Source: Anaerolineales bacterium (GTDB lineage: Bacteria > Chloroflexota > Anaerolineae > Anaerolineales > UBA6668). From it: a stretch of DNA of 60,713 nt. The translations under genes were made by a program, and so were the position numbers. The notes under the pieces were generated by a model. That model saw only the letters and a list, made by a program, of their open reading frames with translations. It ran no database searches and was not told the origin of the DNA. Below are positions 48,194 to 55,826 of this stretch, piece after piece (position 1 is the stretch's first letter; each line of letters starts with the position of its first letter). The stretch lies in contig JAHDIM010000003.1 in NCBI GenBank assembly GCA_020630805.1, positions 1 to 60,713 on the forward strand. Reading direction: 5' to 3'.

Positions 48194-49539
48194 AAAAGGC
48201 AACCTTGTAATTCTGTGTAAATGGTTGATTTGCCAACTTGCTCTGTATCCAGCCAAACGAACGGAGCATATTGCGCAAGCTCTTGTTTGAGCTGCTCTAA
48301 TTCGGCTAGATAACCCGGTTTAGCGAGACTATATGTTTTGGGCACCCGATAGTGCACAGAATCTACATAGGTAGCCGTTGGCGTCACAATCTCACTTTGG
48401 ATAACTTCTTGCCAAAGCTGATCACGATACTGCGCAATATCTTGCCAATACGCAGATCCAACTGGCGTGACCACTTCGCAGCAAATATAAGAGTATCCCG
48501 GCGGTGCAGTGTTCAAATTATCGATGTAACTACCCGGTGTAGAAATGCGATACGCAATTTCTGCAGCATCATAGTTGTGTATGTATGTGATGTCCGTCAC
48601 ATCGGTAGACTTTACCGCGAAATACATCAGCACCATCGGCACCGCTTCAGTCAATGTATCAAGCTTATAACGACCCGCACAAAAGGGCGTAAACGTTGCT
48701 TTTGGTAACGTCCAAAACAAGCGATCCGCTTCAAAAGACTGTCCGTCTGCGGTGCTGACACGGGCATCGTTTGGCGTTAGCAGCACATCATTAACTGCGG
48801 CGCCTAGATGCAAAGAAACCCCACTACTTCTCAAATTAGATGTCGCAATGTCCAAAAAGTCATCAAACCCACGCAATGTCGGGTAGAAATTACGAAAGTC
48901 GCGCTGCTGCACTTTGTCTCGATAAAACTCCAATGGATCCGCCGCAGAAGACACGCCAAGCCGATCATCAAGATATGGGGCTTGTTTGAACAACAAAGAC
49001 GTCTGTCGATCAAAGAGTTGAATCCGCTGAAACATTGTTTGAGGCAATGCGTTGGCTGAAATCGCTTCTGGCCGGACGCTATACGCTTTTAGGAAGGCTG
49101 CCGCAACATGCGGATATAACGTCGGGCCAAACCGCTGTACAAGTGCCTCGGCTAAACTGTGATTAACGCCGTCACTACTAGCATGGCTAGCCTGAGCAAT
49201 TTCTAGCAAACTAACGGCACTTGTAGCCTGCGGCAAATGCAAAAAGGTTGGAATTGCTAATCCATTAACAGTTTGCCCGCCGCTAATAGATGCATAATTT
49301 ACAGTGAGCGGCGCAAAATTACCATTGCCCAACTCCCAAATAAAATCAGTAAAAGAATCGCTACTGTTGTCAAAGAGATGGCAGCCTTTATCAAGCAGAT
49401 AAGCCCCCCACTTAATTGGGCGTAACACCCCACCAAGCTTTGGGGCAGCATCAATCAAAGTTACATCTTGGCCTTTTTTTGCCAACAGGTAAGCTGTAGC
49501 AATGCCTCTAAATCCCCCGCCTACAACAATATTTCGCAT
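48190..49539 (-). CDS. FAD-dependent oxidoreductase (HemY/UGM-like fold)
   Basis: VVGGGFRGIATA, DAAPKLGG, DKGCHLF. Confidence 0.75.
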   Translation of the reverse strand: MRNIVVGGGFRGIATAYLLAKKGQDVTLIDAAPKLGGVLRPIKWGAYLLDKGCHLFDNSSDSFTDFIWELGNGNFAPLTVNYASISGGQTVNGLAIPTFLHLPQATSAVSLLEIAQASHASSDGVNHSLAEALVQRFGPTLYPHVAAAFLKAYSVRPEAISANALPQTMFQRIQLFDRQTSLLFKQAPYLDDRLGVSSAADPLEFYRDKVQQRDFRNFYPTLRGFDDFLDIATSNLRSSGVSLHLGAAVNDVLLTPNDARVSTADGQSFEADRLFWTLPKATFTPFCAGRYKLDTLTEAVPMVLMYFAVKSTDVTDITYIHNYDAAEIAYRISTPGSYIDNLNTAPPGYSYICCEVVTPVGSAYWQDIAQYRDQLWQEVIQSEIVTPTATYVDSVHYRVPKTYSLAKPGYLAELEQLKQELAQYAPFVWLDTEQVGKSTIYTELQGCLL

Positions 49540-49541
49540 AC

Positions 49542-50597
49542 TTATTTTTGCAAATCTGTTTTAGAAAACATATACCCAATCGCAACATCATGCGGCAGCG
49601 TATACCCAATTAGGTAGTCCATTTGGGCTGGCGGTAAGCCACTGCCCGGACGCCGAAAGGCGATGTCATCTTTAGACAGAGTGTGCCCCTTTGGCAACGC
49701 CCGCGCCGCAACGCAAGACAAGCGATAAGCCTCACGGTTTTCATTTTCTACACCGCTTAGTCCCAGCGCCGAAACGCCAAGATTCGCTTCAATCTTACGA
49801 ACCCCTTGCACAAGCTGCGTAAATTCAGCCGGGTCTGAAGAAAATCGATGATCTGGGCCAGGCAAATTGCGATCTAACGTGAAATGTTTCTCAATGAAGC
49901 AAGCCCCTAATACCACTGCGCCAATCGCCGCCTCAATACCTTCTGTGTGATCACTAAAACCCACTGGCACCCCAAAGGTCTGTTGTAAAGATGGAATCTT
50001 GCGCAAATTCACCTCATCTGAGGGACACGGATAAGCAGACGTACAATGCAAAAGCACTAAATTCTGATTGCCTGTGGCCTTAAATGCCCGCACAGACTCG
50101 TCAATATCAGCAACGGTTGCCATGCCAGTAGATAGAACGGTGGCAACGCCACTTTGCCCCATATAAGCAACCAGCGGCAGGTTAGACAAATAGTCTGAGC
50201 CATTCTTAACAATTGGGGACCCTAGCGCCACTAGCGCATCAACACCATTTTTGTTAGTAGGCGTGCTATGAAAGATAATGCCAACTTCATCACAATACGC
50301 CTTCAACATGCCCAACTGAGCATTGCTAAGTTCATACCGCTTGAACATATCAAACTGAGGCTCGCACACGGGTTCACCCTGTGAGATATAGTCATACATC
50401 AGTGAGCGATCAGATAGAAAATCTTCGGTGACATAGTTCTGAAACTTGACAGAATCAGCACCAGCTTCCTTAGCAGCATCAATCATTTGCTTTGCTAAAT
50501 CCATATCACCGTTATGGTTGATACCAATTTCTGCAACAATAAAGCACGGTTCACCCGCACCAAGCGCACGGTCTCCAATTGTAATTTTAGTGTTCAT
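49542..50597 (-). CDS. neuB: NeuB-family nonulosonic acid synthase (copy 1) with SAF domain
   Basis: AEIGINHNGD, VKFQ, LLHCTSAYP, GFSDHT, EKHFT, GPDHRFS, RRPGSG. Start moved to ATG 50597. Confidence 0.88.
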   Translation of the reverse strand: MNTKITIGDRALGAGEPCFIVAEIGINHNGDMDLAKQMIDAAKEAGADSVKFQNYVTEDFLSDRSLMYDYISQGEPVCEPQFDMFKRYELSNAQLGMLKAYCDEVGIIFHSTPTNKNGVDALVALGSPIVKNGSDYLSNLPLVAYMGQSGVATVLSTGMATVADIDESVRAFKATGNQNLVLLHCTSAYPCPSDEVNLRKIPSLQQTFGVPVGFSDHTEGIEAAIGAVVLGACFIEKHFTLDRNLPGPDHRFSSDPAEFTQLVQGVRKIEANLGVSALGLSGVENENREAYRLSCVAARALPKGHTLSKDDIAFRRPGSGLPPAQMDYLIGYTLPHDVAIGYMFSKTDLQK

Positions 50598-51636
50598 AAG
50601 ACAACATCGCCTCAACGACGCGGCTGGCACCTTTGCCATCAATTATGGTGGCCGCACGCTGGCCTAACTGTTTACGTAATGCTGGCGCAGTTAAGAAATG
50701 CGCTAAGCGTTTTTGGACAGCAGCCGTTGACTCTGGCGTAATCACCCGTAAATCAACCTGCAATGCTGCCGCCGCATTTGCTAAATATAATGCGTTGGCA
50801 TTCTGGTTATCTGCAAGCACGCAAATAAACATTGGCAACGCAAAAAATGCGATCTCCCAACACGTAGAACCACCGGCACAGATAACCGCATCAAACGTCG
50901 GAATAAATGTTGCCATATTTTCTACATAGTGTATTAGCGTCACATCATGTGGCAGCGTTTGCACCAACTGCTTCAATTCCGCAACATGCTCATTTTGGGG
51001 ACCGGTAATCACGGTCAGGGAAAGCGGCTTTGCTTGGAACGTAGCCAATGCTTGCAAAATACGCTGCGTGACGTTATCAGGATCGCTGCCGCCCATCGTA
51101 ATCAGGACAGAAAGTTGCGCATTAGTCGGTTTAGGCAACTGCGAAGCCGTAATAAATTCAGACCGTAACAGTGTATATTGCGTACCAAGCAGTAAACGCG
51201 CCTGTGGGCTACTGTCCTGATAGGGATAGTCTGCCGCTGTAATGTTTTGATTGAGGATCAGGTCTGCCTGATAAGTAGGGAGATGATGATAGTCGTCTAA
51301 GACGAGCAGTTGCCAACCCGCCATTTTAATCTGTTCTTGATAGGCAAGATCAAAGTGATAGCCATCTAATACCACCCAGTCGGGTTGGACCCGTTGAATG
51401 TCACCTAAAAGCGCTGCCAATTGCTTTGCCGGCGGCGCTGAAGGTGAGACAGGCAGAATCTGCGCAGACAATAGCAAGAACTTCGCCAGCAAATCTGGCG
51501 CGGTGCAGTCTGTCACAACAACAAGCTGACCGCCTGTGGCATGCCAAGCCTGACCCAAAGCGAGGCAGCGCATAAAATGCCCTACCCCAATCTTTGGATT
51601 CGCATCTATTCGTAATAAAAGAGTTTTTTCTGGCAA
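50587..51636 (-). CDS. pseG: UDP-2,4-diacetamido-2,4,6-trideoxy-beta-L-altropyranose hydrolase
   Basis: RIDA...IG.GHFMRCLALG, DGY, DD, LLR.EF, MGGSDP, AGGSTCWE, ADNQ, DGKGA.RV. Confidence 0.9.
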   Translation of the reverse strand: MPEKTLLLRIDANPKIGVGHFMRCLALGQAWHATGGQLVVVTDCTAPDLLAKFLLLSAQILPVSPSAPPAKQLAALLGDIQRVQPDWVVLDGYHFDLAYQEQIKMAGWQLLVLDDYHHLPTYQADLILNQNITAADYPYQDSSPQARLLLGTQYTLLRSEFITASQLPKPTNAQLSVLITMGGSDPDNVTQRILQALATFQAKPLSLTVITGPQNEHVAELKQLVQTLPHDVTLIHYVENMATFIPTFDAVICAGGSTCWEIAFFALPMFICVLADNQNANALYLANAAAALQVDLRVITPESTAAVQKRLAHFLTAPALRKQLGQRAATIIDGKGASRVVEAMLSYEH

Positions 51637-51645
51637 GGGTAGCCG

Positions 51646-53736
51646 CTAGCTAACTAAGCGTTTGAACCGCGAGTGCGCTTCAGGACCAATCAGCGCGTCT
51701 TGAATAGTGTCCGTTTCGATATGATCTTTGAGAATACGGAAGACTTTCTCTACAGAGACCAAATACTCGGCGACGATTTCGGCGCTGTGCGCGTTTGTGA
51801 AATACACGCCACCGGTTGCCAAATAGCCCTCAGAAAGCATGTATTGGGTAAACAATGTGCGTAATGCGTTGGCTTGCGGGTGGTCAAAGCCAAAATGGCT
51901 TAATGCCGGCAGCCCGTCAACATGTACAGCAATCCCTACAGTCTCGGCAGCAGCCCGCCAGCCTTCTTGCACCTGATGGCCAAGTGCATTCAATTTCTCG
52001 GCAACATTCGCCGCCTGATATTTACGGATTGTTGCAATCGCGGCAGCTGGCCCAATTCGTTCAGTCCAGTAAGAGCTACTGATAAACGTTTCTTGCGCCG
52101 CGCTCATTACGCCTTCAGTCCCAATAATTGCGGCCATGGCATATCCGTTGCTCACCGCTTTGGCAAACATTGCGATATCTGGATTCACATCATAAAGCAA
52201 GTGCGCTCCGCCAGCATTTTGCCTAAATGCCGCTGTGCACTCGTCAAATACTAGTACAGCGCCAATTTCATCCGCAATTGCGCGTACAGCCGCTAAATAT
52301 CCCGGCTCAGGCTGAACAGTCCGGATCGGCTCCATAACGATTGCCGCCACTTCGCCAGCGTGCGTGCTGACAAGGTCGCGCAAATTTTCAATATTATTGA
52401 ACTCAAATGGGAAGGTCGTGCCAACTAATCCGCGCGGCACACCCTTTGGCGCTAAGCCTGGAATTAGATGGCCGTCTAAGCCAGCATCATCTGCCAAATT
52501 TGTAGACAGATACCAGTTATGCCAACCATGATACCCACAAAATAAGACTTTATCTTTACCCGTGGCGGCGCGTGCAATCCGGACAGAAATTGCCATTGCT
52601 TCGCCACCAGTGCGGGCATAGCGCACCATATCAGCCCAAGGATGCAGTTCACACAACAGTTCGGCCAACTCTACTTCTTCTGGACAGTTCAGCGTAGACA
52701 TCACGCCATTTTGAAAGGCCTCAAGCACGGCCGCATCCACATCCGGATCCTTAGCACCCAGAATGCAAGTGCCAATGCCATTGTGTGCCATATCAATATA
52801 AGCATTACCATCCAGATCCCAAACGGTTACCCCTTCAACTTTGCTGTAATAAGAAGGCCAAAGATCGGGCAACATCATTTCTGGCCGCTTGGATAACAGT
52901 TGGGTGCCACCTGGAATTAGGCTTTTGGCATGTTCGTATAGTTTCTGACCAGTTCCGTTTTGAAAGTTGTTATCTGTCATGAGTCCACGCTCTGCTGCTA
53001 GGGATTTTGCATACCCTTCATTGCGTTCATACATTGTGTTGTATGTCATCAAATGTGGGTTTGCTTTTACATATGCCAATGTTTCTGCGTAAGTAAACGC
53101 AGGATTATTAGCGTACAAGGCTTGATAAATAATATCGATTAGTTCGAAATCTTCTGGTTCATCTACGGTCCAACGTAAGTGCGACCAGTTTTCTGCAGCG
53201 CCTAAGTGTCCAATTTTGAACAATTCAGGCTGCCGATTGATGTAAGGGGTAACGTGTTCACGCTGTGAGGGGAGCTCAGCGTTTTGCCACGCTTCTTTCA
53301 GAGCGTCTAGGCTAAAGACTTCAACATCTAACCCGTCTGGAAAAACAGGGTTGAGCGCATTGGTTGCATAATCAAAGTCGTTATTCAAATAGAGGTCAAT
53401 CACCTCATCAATAATCTCTGGATCAATAACGGGGCAATCCCCTGTCAGGCGTACCACGGTGTCAATGTCAGGATATTGCAGTGCGGCCTGATAAAACCGA
53501 TCCAGCACATCGTTCAAATCGCCAGCGAACGCATCCACCTGATGCGCCGCGCACAGGTCAAGAATTTGCGTGTCACTGCTATCGTTACTGGTTGCAACAA
53601 CAAGTTTGTCAATTCGCTTAGAGCGCTGTACGCGCCGAACCTGCTGGATAAGCATTGGCGCGCCCGCTAAGTTTTTCATGACTTTACCGGGCAATCTTGT
53701 AGAAGAAAAGCGAGCTTGAAGAATTGCAAGAATCAT
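51646..53736 (-). CDS. Fusion of an SpsF-type cytidylyltransferase and a glutamate-1-semialdehyde aminomutase-like class III aminotransferase
   Basis: N-terminal LQARFSSTRLPGKV, RLTGDCP, EHVTPY, RWTVDE. C-terminal IPGGTQLLSKRP, RTGGEA, GYHGW, FDE, FAKAVSNG (PLP Lys). Confidence 0.9.
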   Translation of the reverse strand: MILAILQARFSSTRLPGKVMKNLAGAPMLIQQVRRVQRSKRIDKLVVATSNDSSDTQILDLCAAHQVDAFAGDLNDVLDRFYQAALQYPDIDTVVRLTGDCPVIDPEIIDEVIDLYLNNDFDYATNALNPVFPDGLDVEVFSLDALKEAWQNAELPSQREHVTPYINRQPELFKIGHLGAAENWSHLRWTVDEPEDFELIDIIYQALYANNPAFTYAETLAYVKANPHLMTYNTMYERNEGYAKSLAAERGLMTDNNFQNGTGQKLYEHAKSLIPGGTQLLSKRPEMMLPDLWPSYYSKVEGVTVWDLDGNAYIDMAHNGIGTCILGAKDPDVDAAVLEAFQNGVMSTLNCPEEVELAELLCELHPWADMVRYARTGGEAMAISVRIARAATGKDKVLFCGYHGWHNWYLSTNLADDAGLDGHLIPGLAPKGVPRGLVGTTFPFEFNNIENLRDLVSTHAGEVAAIVMEPIRTVQPEPGYLAAVRAIADEIGAVLVFDECTAAFRQNAGGAHLLYDVNPDIAMFAKAVSNGYAMAAIIGTEGVMSAAQETFISSSYWTERIGPAAAIATIRKYQAANVAEKLNALGHQVQEGWRAAAETVGIAVHVDGLPALSHFGFDHPQANALRTLFTQYMLSEGYLATGGVYFTNAHSAEIVAEYLVSVEKVFRILKDHIETDTIQDALIGPEAHSRFKRLVS

Positions 53737-54638
53737 TTATTTACCTGCCATAACCCTGGGTTGAGATAGTGCGAATCACCTTGAAAACTAAACTTTTGAT
53801 ACTCAGCCTGTGTCAATGCGGCTGGCGCTTGCCACAAAGTATTCAATTGCCTAAGTTGGGCTTCTGAATTGACACCAACCACAGCAACATCAATAGCTGG
53901 ATGCGTTTTCACATAATCCAACGCTAATTGTAATTTTGAAATATTACGCGGCTCAGTTTGGGCAAACACGGCATTCAGATGCGCAACAAGCGGCGCAAAG
54001 TAAGGATCGAGATTGCCTAAATCCATCACAAGTAAGCCCTGCAAAAATACAGACCGCGCATGAATTTCTACGCCCCGCGATTTTAGCGTATTTAGAAATG
54101 TGTGCCCTGCTGTCGTAGGGTCTAAATAATTGACAGGGATCTGCAACACATCAAATTCAAATTTCGAAAAAAGTTGCTCTGCTTCTGCAACTGAGTAAAC
54201 AGAAACGCCAATTTTTTCAACCAGCCCTTGCTGTTTGAAGCGTCGCAAAAGTGCATAAAAATCCGCTGCCCCAGCCACGTGTAGGTTATTTGCCGCGTGA
54301 ACTAATACCGCATAAATCTTTTCAAGTTGTAAATTTTGTAGCGATTGGTCAAATTCTTGTTGCAACTGTGCAATTTCAGCGGGACCAATATTTGTATACG
54401 GCTGTGCGCCAATTTTAGTAATGACCTGTGCCGTTTTTGTCTGTGCAGTAAAGTTACCCAGTACACGCTCACTATCGCCATAGGCTGCGGCGGTATCTAA
54501 ATACGTCACGTTTGCGCTAGCGGCGTAGTTCAAAATCGTTTCAACTTCAGCTAAACTCGTTTTGCCAGCCGCATTGGAAATGCCATAGTCAAGGCCAAAT
54601 TGAACCGTTCCAAGCCCAAGGGCACTGGTTGTCATCAT
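53733..54638 (-). CDS. Aldo/keto reductase
   Basis: LGLGTVQFGLDYG, DTAAAYG.SE, ITK, LVH, IGVSVY, HARSVFLQGLL. Confidence 0.9.
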   Translation of the reverse strand: MMTTSALGLGTVQFGLDYGISNAAGKTSLAEVETILNYAASANVTYLDTAAAYGDSERVLGNFTAQTKTAQVITKIGAQPYTNIGPAEIAQLQQEFDQSLQNLQLEKIYAVLVHAANNLHVAGAADFYALLRRFKQQGLVEKIGVSVYSVAEAEQLFSKFEFDVLQIPVNYLDPTTAGHTFLNTLKSRGVEIHARSVFLQGLLVMDLGNLDPYFAPLVAHLNAVFAQTEPRNISKLQLALDYVKTHPAIDVAVVGVNSEAQLRQLNTLWQAPAALTQAEYQKFSFQGDSHYLNPGLWQVNK

Positions 54639-54644
54639 GCTACT

Positions 54645-55652
54645 TTATTCTCCGTTGGAGCGTTTTACATCCATAAAAACTGACATTTTTATCGCGCCGC
54701 CAAAGCCACTTTTGAATTTTGCAATATTCTGCATTTTAGGTGTCATCGGCGCAGAAGAATCTGCATAGGTCTGCCCCATATGAAAGCTAGGGATGCCAAG
54801 CTTAATACATTGTTGCAATGCCAACCACATAATTCCGTGATTCACAGGTTGACCAAATAACTCGCGTTTAGCAACAGAAGAACTATACTGACAAACACCA
54901 GTGTGCATCCCAGAAAACAAGGACGCCCCAACCAATTCGCCAGCCTCATCACGCGCCTCAACAACAAAAGAAGCACCTGCCACAATTGCATCCCATTGCA
55001 GGTCCCATGTTGCTTGGCTCCGCGTCTGTTTACCAGCTAAGGAAAAATGCAAAGCCTGAAACGCATCAAAGTCTGCACGCTTAGCACTCGGTCCAGAATA
55101 CAGATTGTGCGTCCATTTAGTTAGCGCACTCTTGATCAGCGGGCGATAACTCTTGCGGATATTCTGCCAAACGCTAGCATCATCTGAAAGCACGATGACA
55201 CTTTCATAGAAATTAGAAACTGCTACCTGCCACTGCAGATCTTGTAAAAAATAAGCCGCAAAAGCAGACAAACTGCCATCGATTAGCACGTCCTGCAATC
55301 TAAACTGATTAATACCGTGTGCAGCCAACAATTTCAAAAAATGCGCCGTTACGGAACGCCGCACGATGCCATCATTTTTAGCAATAACCAACACCTCATC
55401 GCCCCAGTTATTAAGAACAGTTGGGGCATCTTCAGCGGCAGCAGATGCAATTGTACAGAATACAGCAATGCCTGAATTAGCATCAGAGAAACGGCCAAAG
55501 GAGACATCTTCAAATTGCTGAGCCGTATAGTACTCAGCTTGGTATTGGTAGTGCCGCGTATTCTGCAAGCGCAAGGTATACGCGTTAGGCTCTGCTAGCG
55601 TTAGCGCATGTGGGTGGAGATTTGAGGCAGTTTGAATAATATGGTGTGACAT
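54645..55652 (-). CDS. FemAB/GNAT-fold protein
   Basis: W.NIRKSYRPLI, LH....GK.TRS..TW, Y......R, H..MW, I..FK.GFGG. Confidence 0.72.
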   Translation of the reverse strand: MSHHIIQTASNLHPHALTLAEPNAYTLRLQNTRHYQYQAEYYTAQQFEDVSFGRFSDANSGIAVFCTIASAAAEDAPTVLNNWGDEVLVIAKNDGIVRRSVTAHFLKLLAAHGINQFRLQDVLIDGSLSAFAAYFLQDLQWQVAVSNFYESVIVLSDDASVWQNIRKSYRPLIKSALTKWTHNLYSGPSAKRADFDAFQALHFSLAGKQTRSQATWDLQWDAIVAGASFVVEARDEAGELVGASLFSGMHTGVCQYSSSVAKRELFGQPVNHGIMWLALQQCIKLGIPSFHMGQTYADSSAPMTPKMQNIAKFKSGFGGAIKMSVFMDVKRSNGE

Positions 55653-55698
55653 TTAATATTCACGCAAAGTTAGCAAAACGGCAGGTCGCCTTAGAGTC

Positions 55699-55738
55699 AA
55701 AAGAGCCGTGATATCACTAATGTAGCAATGTCACGGCT
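55699..55738 (-). terminator. Terminator-like hairpin between rnj and the first glycan gene
   Basis: Minus strand AGCCGTGACATTGCTA-CAT-TAGTGATATCACGGCT (one mismatch, two G-U pairs) followed by CTTTT. The U-tract is short. Confidence 0.55.
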
Positions 55739-55826
55739 TCTAGTTTTGATTTCGCTAATTCTAAAGGGAATTGAAACTGAGTGCAAAAGGCAACCTACCA
55801 TTGCAACTACAGTTCATGCTGCGCAT

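Noticed and set aside
48190-52980. Heme pathway genes hemL and hemY
   Set aside because: The GSAM-like domain is fused to SpsF, both genes sit among pseG and neuB, and no other hem genes are present.
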